Made by a program: the position numbers and the translations under genes
The notes under the pieces: generated by a model
What the model saw: only the letters and a program-made list of their open reading frames with translations
What the model was told of the DNA's origin: nothing
The model's database searches: none
Source of the DNA: Candidatus Zhuqueibacterota bacterium
Lineage (GTDB): Bacteria; Zhuqueibacterota; Zhuqueibacteria; Thermofontimicrobiales; Thermofontimicrobiaceae
Direction: 5' to 3'
NCBI GenBank assembly: GCA_049322915.1
Contig: JBMOPW010000003.1
Coordinates: 1-64,000 of the forward strand
DNA length: 64,000 bases
In this document: piece after piece, positions 40,905 through 51,282 of the stretch
Position numbering within the stretch: position 1 is the first letter of the stretch
Layout: each line of letters starts with the position of its first letter

Positions 40905-40933
40905 AATGTATTAAATATTTTTTAAAATGTCAA
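40905..40933 (-). promoter_or_regulatory. sigma70 promoter of the RpiR gene
   Basis: TTGACA-N17-TACATT on the minus strand; TGAAA..TTCA-like boxes lie just downstream (40858-40902). Confidence 0.55.
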
Positions 40934-41250
40934 GGTATATTTTTATATTAACAAGAATTTGGCAGTTAACGATCTCGACATGATTGTGAAGTTGTATGAA
41001 TAGGCTTCGTTAGTCTCGTCAAGAATTAAAGAATGAAATAGTTTTAATTATAATTGGAGGAACGTAAGTATTTCAGAAGTGACTATCTGTATTAGATTGC
41101 AAAAAAGTAATCTAAGATTTTGCCATTGAATAAAATTAAGATAATTAAAATTAATTTTTTAGATAATAAACCACCAATGTATTTCAATGAAAAAATGAAT
41201 TCAAAATTCAATATGAGTCTCGGAGGTGAAATAGCCAGCAGACATTTCTC

Positions 41251-41408
41251 TTGACATAGACAAAAAAAATATTTATATTTATCCTTCATCAAATCAGCTG
41301 AATGTGAATGTTTTTTTTAAAGTAAGCTGATAATGCAGGAAGAAATAGTGATGACTTTTACAAAAAATTAATTTTTCTCTTGACAAACGGTGATTTAGTT
41401 TGTATATT
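41251..41408 (+). promoter_or_regulatory. Two tandem sigma70 promoters upstream of the M23 gene
   Basis: TTGACA-N17-TATATT at 41251-41279 and at 41380-41408. Confidence 0.65.
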
Positions 41409-41525
41409 TCTCGTTGCCCAATTTTTAACTCACCAAAATAATTATGTTTCCCTGCCCGGTATGAGGTAATTTATGCTGCTCCCTTTGGTAAAGTCACCAC
41501 TATTAATCAAAACGAGGAGATTGAT

Positions 41526-42449
41526 ATGCGTGACAAGCGTGTAAAGCTGATCTATTTCTCTCTAAGGGGGTCAGAGGTTAAGGACATTGATCTTGGTTGG
41601 AAGAAAGTCTTTCTTTATTTTTCAATGTTATCGGCAATATTGATCATTCTTGTTGCCTTAGCGATTTCACTTTTCACAGATATTTATCATGATACTCGTT
41701 TATCTTCACTCAAAAAGACGAACGAAGTATTGAAATCGCAATTGGGAGAAATGCGTCAGTCGATCGACGTTATCGAAAATAAGGTAAAAAAATTAGAGGC
41801 GAATGCTGACGAAGAGAGAATGATTGCCGGTCTTGACCAAATCGATAAAGAGACGCGGAATTTAGGGGTTGGTGGTCCAAAGGCTGCAATTTTGGATTAC
41901 GAATCGGATGTCCTTCCGCGCGATTTAAGAAAGGATGTTTCTGAAACCCGATCCCTGATTGAGCAGATTGAGAGAAAAATTCAGCTAGTAGAAGAGAATA
42001 AAGAGGAAGTTGAGCATACGCTCGAAACGAAATCTGAAGGCGTCAAACGTCTTCCAACGATCAGACCTGTGCAGGGAGGGAGGATAACTGATCGGTTTGG
42101 AACTCGTATTGATCCTTTTACAGAAAAACCAAGACCCCATAGGGGAATTGATATCGCTGCAAAAATAGGTACTCCAGTTCTTGCAACAGCATATGGGGTT
42201 GTTACAAAAACAGTGCATAGCTATTTACCCAATAAGAATTTTGGGAAATATGTTGAAATTGATCACGGCAATGGTTATATAACGATGTACGCACACCTTG
42301 ACGAGATTTATGTCCGAGTGGGTCAGAAAGTAAAAAGGTGGGAAGAAATTGGAGCAGTCGGTAATACCGGTCGATCGACGGGGCCTCATTTGCATTATGA
42401 AGTAAGAATAAATGATGTTGCGGTTAATCCGTTGAATCACATTTATTAA
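41526..42449 (+). CDS. M23 family peptidoglycan metallopeptidase with TM anchor and coiled coil
   Basis: HRGIDIA, YAHL, GNTGRSTGPHLHYEV. Confidence 0.93.
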   Translation: MRDKRVKLIYFSLRGSEVKDIDLGWKKVFLYFSMLSAILIILVALAISLFTDIYHDTRLSSLKKTNEVLKSQLGEMRQSIDVIENKVKKLEANADEERMIAGLDQIDKETRNLGVGGPKAAILDYESDVLPRDLRKDVSETRSLIEQIERKIQLVEENKEEVEHTLETKSEGVKRLPTIRPVQGGRITDRFGTRIDPFTEKPRPHRGIDIAAKIGTPVLATAYGVVTKTVHSYLPNKNFGKYVEIDHGNGYITMYAHLDEIYVRVGQKVKRWEEIGAVGNTGRSTGPHLHYEVRINDVAVNPLNHIY

Positions 42450-42519
42450 TTCATCATCAGATCAGGCTCTTGACCTTTTTCAACGCCTTTTACCTGGCAA
42501 AAAAAATTTTTGGTGATTC

Positions 42520-42552
42520 GAAAACCCTCTGAATTTTCAGGGGGTTTTTCAT
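42520..42552 (+). terminator. Probable terminator hairpin
   Basis: GAAAACCCTCTGAA-tt-TTCAGGGGGTTTTTC. Confidence 0.55.
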
Positions 42553-42705
42553 TGAATGTTATTAATAACAAGGCTAACTTGAGATTTGCGTTCCGGGTAG
42601 CGGTGCATTCCAGACAATAATCAATGACAGCCTTGCCGGACGATTCGCCAAAGAGAAATATCTGCTTCAATCACAAAAAAAACTATGTTATCCTGATTCG
42701 AGGAA

Positions 42706-44889
42706 ATGATGAAATTGTCAATCTATTCGATCTTTGTAACGTTGACAGTATTACTCGTATTACCAGATGCGAAGGGGAGTTCTATCGATAGTCATGTTAC
42801 AAGGCCTGTTGGCCCGGGGATCTTTTATCATGAAATCTATCAAAATGAAGGCCCATGGAGCATACGGGTTTTGGAGATTGATCTGACAAATCAATTCGTT
42901 TCTTTAGAGACAATTAAAGCGAATAGCATTGTGGCGGGTAGGGAGAAATTATCCCGAATGGCGAAGTCGGCCAGTTCGGATGGGCATTGGGTCGTCGGTG
43001 GTATAAACGCCGATTTTTTCTCGTCTTCAGGGATCCCACATGGCATCCAGGTCATTGACGGGAAACTACTTACCGATCCGTCAGGATGGTCGGTATTTGG
43101 ATTAACCAGGAATAGAAAACCATTCATCGATAAAATGTCATTACAAGCGAGCGTCGTTGCAGATGAAGGCGTATCCCATCCGATCCATCATATCAATAAA
43201 ACGGGTGCCATAAATGAAATGACGTTATTTTCGAGTCACGTGGGGCCGCATCGTGTAGCCGCTGAAAATTCCATCGAACTTATCCTGCGCTCCACCAATG
43301 GGCAGTTGCACTTGTGCAATACCCTTATTGTCGTGGTGGATAGTATCCTGTCCACGTCGAATGGCTTCGCAGTTCCCGAATCCGGATTTATCCTTGCTGC
43401 GGATGGCAGAGCTCAAAAATTTATTGAGAGCTATGCCGCAGTGGGTGACACCTGGAAAATCTTCATTGCCTTTCAGCCTTCGTACGACATCCTTGAAGCG
43501 ATCAGTGGAGGACCACGGATCATCCGGAACGGAGGCATTTCCGTGGAGAACGCGGATGAAGGGATTTCCGATGCGTTTGCAACTGCACGTCATCCTCGAA
43601 GCGCCATTGGTTTTAACAAGGAGGGCACGCATATCTATTTTATCGCAGTGGATGGCCGTCAGCCGGGATATAGCGTAGGAATGTCGCTGTATGAATTGTC
43701 GGATCTTATGATACAGTTTGGAATTACGGAAGCAGTGAATTTGGATGGTGGTGGTTCTACGACCCTGGTCGTGCGCGATTCTGTTGTCAATCGGCCTTCT
43801 GATGATTCAGGCGAAAGGACGGTTGCAAATGCAATACTCGCTGTGAGCACTGCTCCCCTGGGTCCGCTCAGCACGATTGAAATCGAACCGGAACGGGCTA
43901 AGATCGTTGCCAATTCAGAGTTCGATTTTCGCGTGCATGGTTACGATCAATATTTCAATCCAATCCCAGTCGATCAGAAATCAATTGTGTGGGAGGTCAA
44001 GCCTGGCTCATTTGAATCGAGTAAAAACGGGCTTATTTCTTTTAACTCCAATATTGGACCGCACATTATTATTGCCCATAATAATGACTTGGTTGATACA
44101 GCCTACGTCGACCTTGTGAATATCTCAGCGATTGAATTGCAACCGAACCCCATTGTTTTAGAATTGGGAGGGTGCCAGCAAATGCTGATAAACATTTATG
44201 ATAATGAAGGCTTTAAAATTAACCAGAAGTTAAGTTATAACGCGATCGTTTCAAATGCGATCGGGACGCTGGATTCAAATTTTGTTTTTCAGGCTCAGCG
44301 ACCCGGACGAGGCCAACTCAAAGTAACGAAGGGCGACGTGAGCGGCAGTGCGAGCATTATTGTCGGTGACAAATCCACAACTATCATCGAAGATTTTGAG
44401 GACATTTCGGACTGGACAGTGAGCACATTGCGGGCAACTCCAGAAGCCTGCCAGTTTGTTCTGTCAGACTCTTTCTTTTATATTGGAAGTCATTCGGGAG
44501 AGCTTCAATACCATCTGGAATCAGGAGGAACGAGCGCTGTTTATTGTCAAACGTCGATTCCCGTGTTTGGAGAGCCGTATGCAATAAGCCTCAGCGTTTT
44601 GGGTGATGCTAAAAGTCATTGGCTGCGCGGTGAATTTGAAGATAGAAACGGTCATTTGTTTATCATGGATTTTACTGAAAAAATTCATGGCATCCACTGG
44701 AAAAATGAATGGAAGCATCTTCAGGCAACATTATCTTCATCGCAACCAAGTTGGACGAATCCCTCCGCAACGATAAAATTTCCTATCACCTGGAAAAAAT
44801 TATATATCGCTGAAACAGATGAGAAAGCTAAAAATAGCGGTATTATTTATTTCGATAATCTGCAGGCGGAATATATCCAGACGCCATGA
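42706..44889 (+). CDS. Phosphodiester glycosidase (NAGPA-like) with Ig-like and carbohydrate-binding-like domains
   Basis: GINADFF, RHPRSAIG, VDGRQ, AVNLDGGGSTT, ER.VAN. Confidence 0.88.
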   Translation: MMKLSIYSIFVTLTVLLVLPDAKGSSIDSHVTRPVGPGIFYHEIYQNEGPWSIRVLEIDLTNQFVSLETIKANSIVAGREKLSRMAKSASSDGHWVVGGINADFFSSSGIPHGIQVIDGKLLTDPSGWSVFGLTRNRKPFIDKMSLQASVVADEGVSHPIHHINKTGAINEMTLFSSHVGPHRVAAENSIELILRSTNGQLHLCNTLIVVVDSILSTSNGFAVPESGFILAADGRAQKFIESYAAVGDTWKIFIAFQPSYDILEAISGGPRIIRNGGISVENADEGISDAFATARHPRSAIGFNKEGTHIYFIAVDGRQPGYSVGMSLYELSDLMIQFGITEAVNLDGGGSTTLVVRDSVVNRPSDDSGERTVANAILAVSTAPLGPLSTIEIEPERAKIVANSEFDFRVHGYDQYFNPIPVDQKSIVWEVKPGSFESSKNGLISFNSNIGPHIIIAHNNDLVDTAYVDLVNISAIELQPNPIVLELGGCQQMLINIYDNEGFKINQKLSYNAIVSNAIGTLDSNFVFQAQRPGRGQLKVTKGDVSGSASIIVGDKSTTIIEDFEDISDWTVSTLRATPEACQFVLSDSFFYIGSHSGELQYHLESGGTSAVYCQTSIPVFGEPYAISLSVLGDAKSHWLRGEFEDRNGHLFIMDFTEKIHGIHWKNEWKHLQATLSSSQPSWTNPSATIKFPITWKKLYIAETDEKAKNSGIIYFDNLQAEYIQTP

Positions 44890-45047
44890 GAAACACTTTG
44901 TCCATTTAACGCTTGATTGAAAATCCTTGTGTAAGCCCATTCTCTTCTTCTTCGGATACAAAATTCCTGTTGCATTTTAAAATCGATTTTTTTAACATTA
45001 GGTGTTTCTTGGCAGGCAATCATGATGATAAAAACGGAGGTCAAGCA

Positions 45048-45407
45048 ATGCCAATTTATGAATATATTTGTGAGGACTGTGGGAAAAGGATAAATTTTTT
45101 AGTCCTGAACAGGGACACTTTTTTTCCCCAATGCAATCGTTGCAACAGCAAGAACCTTCGGAGGATCATGTCTCGTTTCGCTGCTATCCGGTCCGAAGAA
45201 AGCCGGATGGAAAGTTTAGCCGATCCCGGGAAATGGGGATATCTGAATGAGAACGACCCCAAAAGTATGCTGAACTTTGTCAAAAAGATGGGCAAGGAAA
45301 TGGGCGATGAGCTTGGTGAAAATTATGATGATCTTGTCGCCGAGGCGGAGTCCGAAATCGAGAATAGTGAGTCAAAGAAAAAAAATCAAGATGATGACCT
45401 GGTTTGA
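45048..45407 (+). CDS. FmdB-family zinc-ribbon protein
   Basis: GGAGG RBS; MPIYEY.C..CG...C..C.S. Confidence 0.88.
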   Translation: MPIYEYICEDCGKRINFLVLNRDTFFPQCNRCNSKNLRRIMSRFAAIRSEESRMESLADPGKWGYLNENDPKSMLNFVKKMGKEMGDELGENYDDLVAEAESEIENSESKKKNQDDDLV

Positions 45408-45489
45408 GCCAGAGACTTTCAAGCAAAGTTCCGTTGAAGCGGTTTGAATTTAATGTTAGGCGGCGGCGCCAGCCATTCCTGGTGCAGAA

Positions 45490-46156
45490 TAGATGGACGA
45501 GTACATTGAGTCGAGTCAATAGTGCCGAAAATGCAGGGACGCGCTGGGAGTGGCTCTGTAGAATCAGCGGAGTGGCCGCCCTGACGTTGGGAATACTGTT
45601 CTTGGTCGCAATACTGAGTCTACTCACGGCAAGTCTTCGACCTCGAGCCATAAATGGCTGGTGGTCACTACTTCAGAACAACTAGCTCGTCATACTCTTC
45701 AAACTGAATGCCGGAGACGACAGGGTTCAATTCGATCAATTGTACGGGCCGAATCTCCTCGATCTTGCTATCATGGCGCTCGTGGCTATCATGTACTTCG
45801 GCCTCTACGTTGTGCTCAAGAGAACCAGTAGAATCTGGTCCATCGTTGCTGCGGTCATACCCTTTCTGGGGATGGCGCTCTTCATTGTCACCAAACTGGC
45901 AGGCCGCAGCGGGGTAATGGGTGCGGGAGTAGTAATCTCATTCGTCATGCTGCAGAGCAACATCTTTGGCAAAGTCATTGCCTTTGTGGGGGTTCTGGGA
46001 AGCGTGCTCCTGTTGGTAGGTGACTTTGGCACGACAGCAAACTCTCCCTCGACTGTCGTTGCCATCCTCGTAGGTATTGGGTACGTACTTATGATGACGT
46101 GGTTCTTCTTGATTGCTCGAAGGCTCTTCCAATTGAGGCAGAACACATCTAAGTAG
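45490..46156 (+). pseudogene. Multi-TM membrane protein (DUF4386-like) split by an in-frame TAG; cassette-like
   Basis: ORFs 45404-45685 and 45740-46156 share a frame; they read LQNN*LVILFKL across TAG 45683-45685; 5' boundary approximate. Confidence 0.6.
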
Positions 46157-46225
46157 GATATGCAATCTAACTATCGTGGAAAGGAACGCCGCCCAATACA
46201 AGAATTATCTGTCTGAAGAGTAGGT

Positions 46226-46843
46226 ATGGGATTTACCGAGAAACTGATGGAACAGGGGCGCAAGCCTTACGGTGTGCCGGGCAGAATCATTGGATATTTA
46301 ATGAATCTCAGTCACAGAAGTGTCTACAAATGGGGTCTTGGTTGTATTTCACCCGGGAACAAAGCCATCGTCCTCGATATTGGCTGCGGTGGTGGAGAAG
46401 TAGTCAAATCATTAGCGATGAACACACCAGAAGGGAAAATATATGGGCTTGATCATTCTTCGGAAATGGTAGGTCTGGCGCGGAGAGTGAATCAGACATT
46501 TGTAGACAGCGGCCGGGTTGAAATCAATCACGGTATAGTGTCATCTTTACCATACTCGGATAATAAGTTTGATATTGTTACCGCGTTTGAGACAATACAG
46601 TTTTGGCCGAACCTGGATGCGGATTTAAGGGAAGTGAAACGGGTACTAAAGCCGTTGGGGGAGTTATTGATAGTAAACAGGTATCCTGATTTGGAAGGAC
46701 GGAATGCGGACTGGGCAGAGTTTTTGCAGATACGCTCATCAAAAGAATATCAAGAACGCTTGAATAATGCAGGGTATAGAGATATTTCAATTGATGATGG
46801 TTCGAAAGCGGGATGGATTATGGTGTCAGCGAAAAAGCCTTAA
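46226..46843 (+). CDS. Class I SAM-dependent methyltransferase
   Basis: VLDIGCGGG, GLDHS.EM, FDIVTAFET..FWP. Confidence 0.9.
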   Translation: MGFTEKLMEQGRKPYGVPGRIIGYLMNLSHRSVYKWGLGCISPGNKAIVLDIGCGGGEVVKSLAMNTPEGKIYGLDHSSEMVGLARRVNQTFVDSGRVEINHGIVSSLPYSDNKFDIVTAFETIQFWPNLDADLREVKRVLKPLGELLIVNRYPDLEGRNADWAEFLQIRSSKEYQERLNNAGYRDISIDDGSKAGWIMVSAKKP

Positions 46844-46903
46844 ATGCCGTTTATCGCTGGTATGCATTCTGGTCAGGCCAGGGCGCTGTCTCCCCTCAAG
46901 GCC

Positions 46904-46935
46904 GCCCAACAAGCGTATGCACCCGCCTGCCTGCC
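46904..46935 (+). repeat. Truncated attC left arm
   Basis: GCCCAAC-AAGCGTATGCACCCG (RYYYAAC followed by an L''-like box). Confidence 0.5.
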
Positions 46936-47152
46936 GCCAGATTTATTAAAGGTTCTGCGCCGGCGAAGAAGCTTGTAAGTGAAGGAAGTCTTGCTGGCCT
47001 TGCAACGGAAGCTGCTCACCATGTTGAAATGGGAGCCGCTGAAGCGGCTCAATTCTTGATCGCGTATCTAAAATCACCAAACTGAAGCATGGTTTTGGTT
47101 CAAAATTGTACTAACACCACGATGTATCGTGATGTTTAAAAATCAACCAGAT

Positions 47153-47205
47153 AGCTAACCAGCCGCTTCAGCGGATTCGGGAATACATGAGCTGATTCGT
47201 TATCA
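47153..47205 (+). repeat. Degenerate attC-like site
   Basis: AGCTAAC-CAGCCGCTTCAGCGGA...TGAGCTGATTC-GTTATCA. Confidence 0.5.
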
Positions 47206-47446
47206 TTTTTCCTCAAAAAATTGTGAACAAAATTCATGGTTTTTGAAAGTTAGGCTCTTATATTCATGACACACAAAGGCGGCGGTTTTACGACCCGGAT
47301 CACGCGGGAAGGGCATTGGCCTTCAAATTTAAAACGTTTGTACTCTGACATCGCGCTATCTTTTTTCTTCTCTCAGATAAAAAATTCATTCTCAGACCCG
47401 GATGTATTGTTTCTTTGATGGATTACCGCACCATCCCCACTCCCGA

Positions 47447-48601
47447 TCATTTAATTTTAAACTGCATCCCGGCCATGATAAAATAGTTATCAAACTGATA
47501 GTAGCTGGCATTGGATTCATTCACCAGGTAACCGCCTTCAAGGGACAGGCCGATGTTTTTAACGCCCCAGTTGATGGCAAAGCTTCGGCTCAACCCGCTC
47601 CAGAAAAGAGCTCGCTGGTCTTTGCGCAGGTCGCCGGATACATCCAAATTTCCTTCCAGATCATAAATCTGGCGGCTGTGATAATTTTTCCAATAATAGT
47701 AGGAGCCTATCTCCCATTTAATATAGGCTGGTAAAAAGTGCGTGAAACTTAAAGAAACCTCATGGCCGCTGTAACCGTACCGATCGTCGAACAATTCATC
47801 TTCAGTGAAAAGGTCTTCGCTGTCCATCACCGTCGCGGAGCCGCTCACCAATCCCGGCTTAAATCGGTTCACATAATTGAAACTGATTGATGTTTTCATG
47901 CCCAGGGATTGCGCCAGTTTCACGTTACTCACCAATTGATCCACCGCGGGCATTCTCGAATAATCCACCACCAGGTTTCTTCCTCTCCCCTGCATCGATT
48001 GCAGCGGGATATAATCTTTCAGGCCGTAGTTTACGGACATCGTGATGGACGTTCCTGTTTGAAAAAACGTATTCATCTGAAAATAGACCAGATGCTCCCA
48101 ATAATTGAATTCCGGTAAATTCGAATAACTCCGGTTATTGATGACGTAACCAACGCGTCCGATCAAATTATGATACATGTAAAATTTTGCATTGACGTAC
48201 GCCTGAATTTTGAAATAATCGAACACATCATAATCATCGCGGCCATCGTGCCAATACCAGTTACCGCCAAAAAAATAGGTCGTTCTATGATTCGAAGAAG
48301 CAGCAATGCCATCGTATCCCAGCGATTGGGTATGGTAGAACCGATCCAAATACTTTTTGAATACGTTTAAATCACCCTGGTAATACAACTGGGATTGCAC
48401 TTTTTCACCCTCGATGACATGGCTCAGGGATAATCCCACATTGTCATTCAAATCCGGCAGTTGTTTGTAGTTATAGAATGAATTTGAATAATAGGACATC
48501 TGCTGTGAAACAGTCACCGATGTCTGAGAATGGGCTGTGACACTGAACAGGGCCACTGTGAATAACATCATTAAATAGGAAAGATACCATTGCCGTTTCA
48601 T
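47447..48601 (-). CDS. Putative outer-membrane beta-barrel protein
   Basis: Signal peptide; alternating aromatic strands; C-terminal GMQFKIK. Confidence 0.65.
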   Translation of the reverse strand: MKRQWYLSYLMMLFTVALFSVTAHSQTSVTVSQQMSYYSNSFYNYKQLPDLNDNVGLSLSHVIEGEKVQSQLYYQGDLNVFKKYLDRFYHTQSLGYDGIAASSNHRTTYFFGGNWYWHDGRDDYDVFDYFKIQAYVNAKFYMYHNLIGRVGYVINNRSYSNLPEFNYWEHLVYFQMNTFFQTGTSITMSVNYGLKDYIPLQSMQGRGRNLVVDYSRMPAVDQLVSNVKLAQSLGMKTSISFNYVNRFKPGLVSGSATVMDSEDLFTEDELFDDRYGYSGHEVSLSFTHFLPAYIKWEIGSYYYWKNYHSRQIYDLEGNLDVSGDLRKDQRALFWSGLSRSFAINWGVKNIGLSLEGGYLVNESNASYYQFDNYFIMAGMQFKIK

Positions 48602-48716
48602 TTTATCACCTCTATGCTATTTCTAACCGGGGAAAAAACAAAAGCAGTGACACATTTTATTGGAATCAGGATGTAGTGCCACTGCTTTTGCAACACGTGA
48701 TTTGCTACAAAGAGAA

Positions 48717-49208
48717 TTACTTACCGGAAGCTTTCAGTTGTTTCTGTGCACCTTTGGGGCCTGTTCCGTCGCATACGCCGGTTCCACCATCAACGCCCAG
48801 CTTGCTTCCTCCGAAGCCCAGTTTTTGGCTGTTGAGTCGGTTCAATGCTTTCTGACCATATTTGTTGCCGGTACCATCCTGGGGTTTCACATAATCGGGA
48901 TCCTGGCAATTTGGGATACCATCGCCATCCGCATCCTGCATGCGATCATTGATGCCATCGCCATCTTCATCGATGAAGCCAAAGCGTTTGCCCTGGTCCG
49001 GGTTGACCGGAACATAGTCAGGATCCTGACCATTGGGGATACCGTCGCCATCGCTGTCCGGGGCGTTGTCATTATAGCCGTCCCCGTTTTCATCGACAAA
49101 ACCGATTCCGTGATTCACGGTTTGAGCATAGGTGTTGCCGCTGTAGAACGCGAATGTGAGTACTGCAACCGCGAAGGCTGCGATCGAGAGTTTCAATAAG
49201 TGTTTCAT
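48717..49208 (-). CDS. Small secreted protein with D.DGDG Ca-binding repeats and CDGTGP tail
   Basis: GGAGG RBS before MKHLLK; two repeats GF.DE.GDG.ND...D.DGDGIPN.QDPDY. Confidence 0.8.
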   Translation of the reverse strand: MKHLLKLSIAAFAVAVLTFAFYSGNTYAQTVNHGIGFVDENGDGYNDNAPDSDGDGIPNGQDPDYVPVNPDQGKRFGFIDEDGDGINDRMQDADGDGIPNCQDPDYVKPQDGTGNKYGQKALNRLNSQKLGFGGSKLGVDGGTGVCDGTGPKGAQKQLKASGK

Positions 49209-49282
49209 GGTAAACCTCCAAAAAAGTGTAGTGAATGATGATGATGATTTAGTTACTTTATTTTCAATTTCACATCTGTTCA

Positions 49283-49298
49283 AGCAACTGACGTGCCA
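49283..49298 (-). promoter_or_regulatory. sigma54 (-24/-12) promoter
   Basis: TGGCAC-GTCAG-TTGCT on the minus strand, about 75 bp upstream of ATG 49208. Confidence 0.75.
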
Positions 49299-49538
49299 CT
49301 TTTTATTACACCTACTTAACTTAATGTAATTTCAAATAGCTAAATTAAATTTCGATTTTTTAACTTTGCTCCGTTCCACAAGTTAATTCGACCTGATAGT
49401 CGAATTTGTCGACCATTTTGTTTTGTCGGACAATGGAAACGATGTGAATTTGGGATATTCTGATTTCGGAAGAGATAGAAACATCCTCGAAGGAATGAGC
49501 GCAGGGTGAATATTTAATTCGATATTCATAAAAATAGA

Positions 49539-49586
49539 TTGACACTTTCAGAATTCTTTGCTATATTTGCTTCGACAATTATCGAA
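49539..49586 (+). promoter_or_regulatory. sigma70 promoter plus probable ArsR operator
   Basis: TTGACA-N17-TATATT with extended TG; near-palindrome TTCGACAATTATCGAA at 49571-49586. Confidence 0.65.
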
Positions 49587-49608
49587 CCAATTCACGGAGA
49601 ATCATTAT

Positions 49609-50283
49609 ATGAACGTCGATGAGAGCATACAAATCATGAAAGCCCTGGCGGACAGTTCGCGATTGATGATTGTGAACTCTCTCATGGAGAAGGCGCAATG
49701 CGTTGAGGAGTTAGCCGAGCGATTCAATCTGGCAGCGTCCACTGTGTCGTTCCATCTCAAAAAGCTCGAGAATGCGCGCTTGCTCCACAAAGAGAAAAGG
49801 CAGTACTATGTTTTTTTCTCGCTCAATCCTGAAATTTTTACATCCACCCTGCAACAGCTCATTTCATTCGAGAACATCGGGAAGTACGTGCAAGAAGAAC
49901 GCATTCTAAAATATAAGGAGAAAGTGATTCATACGTTTTTTGAAAAAGGCAAACTGCGTCGATTGCCTTCTCAGCACAAGAAGCGCTGGATTGTACTGGA
50001 GCAGATCGCACAGAGATTCGAGACAGGAAAAGAATACAGTGAGGCCGACGTCAACGCGACGATTTCCACGGTGTTTGATGATTACTGCTCCATCCGCAGG
50101 GAACTGGTTGACGAAGGAATCATGGAGCGCGACGGGCAGCGCTACCGACTCTCCGAGCGAAAATTTGATGAATCGCCAAAACTTCGTCCCAATAGCCTGC
50201 AACATAGTTATCAGCAAAGTATAAGTCACCGTTCCCGACCGGGCAAAACGACGAAAGGAGTTGAGTCGAATGATAGATCGTAA
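49609..50283 (+). CDS. ArsR/SmtB HTH plus DUF2087 protein
   Basis: KALAD.SRL.I...STVSFHLKKL; LP.Q.KKR..VL......F.....YSE..VN..I...FDDY..IRR.LVD. Confidence 0.88.
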   Translation: MNVDESIQIMKALADSSRLMIVNSLMEKAQCVEELAERFNLAASTVSFHLKKLENARLLHKEKRQYYVFFSLNPEIFTSTLQQLISFENIGKYVQEERILKYKEKVIHTFFEKGKLRRLPSQHKKRWIVLEQIAQRFETGKEYSEADVNATISTVFDDYCSIRRELVDEGIMERDGQRYRLSERKFDESPKLRPNSLQHSYQQSISHRSRPGKTTKGVESNDRS

Positions 50284-50623
50284 ACAGGCCAGGCAGCATT
50301 ACAAGCAAACGCCCCGACCCGCCGGGGTTATTCTGATCAAAAATTTAGTCAATGGAAAAATGTTCATCGACAGCAGTCCCAATCTGAACGTCGCTTTTAA
50401 CAAGCACAAAGCCCAACTCAAATTCGGTTCGCACCGGAATCAACGGTTGCAGCAGGATTGGAACCAGTTCGGTCCGGACAATTTTTCATTCGAAATTCTG
50501 GAACAATTGAAACTGCAGGAAGACGTCAATTACAATTACACCGATGATCTTAAAATTTTGCGCCAGATCTGGCTGGATAAATTGCAGCCCTTTGACGACA
50601 GGGGATACAATAAAAAAACATGA
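50270..50623 (+). CDS. GIY-YIG nuclease family protein
   Basis: GV..IKN..NGK..I.SS.N....N.....L..G.H.N..LQ.DW...G...F.FEILE. Confidence 0.85.
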   Translation: MIDRKQARQHYKQTPRPAGVILIKNLVNGKMFIDSSPNLNVAFNKHKAQLKFGSHRNQRLQQDWNQFGPDNFSFEILEQLKLQEDVNYNYTDDLKILRQIWLDKLQPFDDRGYNKKT

Positions 50624-50833
50624 TTGAACCATTGCAGACCGAATGGCTGGCCCGACAAATGCCGATCCAGCCATCTCAATATCCCCGATGTCTTCCACCA
50701 CGCTTTTACTGAAATAATCTGCACCGCTGCGGACTGATGCATACATGCCCCTCATTTTCCCGCCGGCCTGACCGCTGTATTTTTTTAATCAGAAAAAAAA
50801 TTCCCTTGACTTTTTGAAATATTCTTATATATT

Positions 50834-50863
50834 ATTATTGTACTATTCAAATAGTACAATAAT
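50834..50863. promoter_or_regulatory. YtrA-type GntR operator
   Basis: Perfect palindrome ATTATTGTACTATT-ca-AATAGTACAATAAT right after TTGACT...TATATT. Confidence 0.8.
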
Positions 50864-50901
50864 CATCTAACACAAAAATCGTCTTTTGAGAGGGATCTAT
50901 T

Positions 50902-51282
50902 ATGATTGATTTTAAATTGGATCCGAAAAGCGGCGTTCCTTTTTATCGCCAGATCATCGACCAGATTCGCTTTGGGATTGCCACCGGCAGTCTCACCGTG
51001 GGCGAGCAGTTGCCCACCTCGCGGGCGCTGGCAGTGCAATTGAAAGTGAATTTGAACACAGTGACAAAGGCATACAAGGAACTGGAAATCCAGAAGATTT
51101 TGGAGACGCAACAGGGCACAGGCACATTCATTGGCTCTGTCAAAATTCAAATCGCCGCCAAAGAGCGCCAGGGAAAATTGGAAAGTATCTGCGCCGAATT
51201 TTCAAATATAGCATCCAGCTATGGTTTCAGCATCGATGAGCTAATTGACCAATTAAATAAAAGTAAAGGAGTGCAAAAATGA
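50902..51282 (+). CDS. GntR family regulator (YtrA subfamily)
   Basis: P.YRQI..QI...I..G.L..GEQLP..R.LA..L.VN.NTV.KAY..LE; 126 aa. Confidence 0.92.
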   Translation: MIDFKLDPKSGVPFYRQIIDQIRFGIATGSLTVGEQLPTSRALAVQLKVNLNTVTKAYKELEIQKILETQQGTGTFIGSVKIQIAAKERQGKLESICAEFSNIASSYGFSIDELIDQLNKSKGVQK

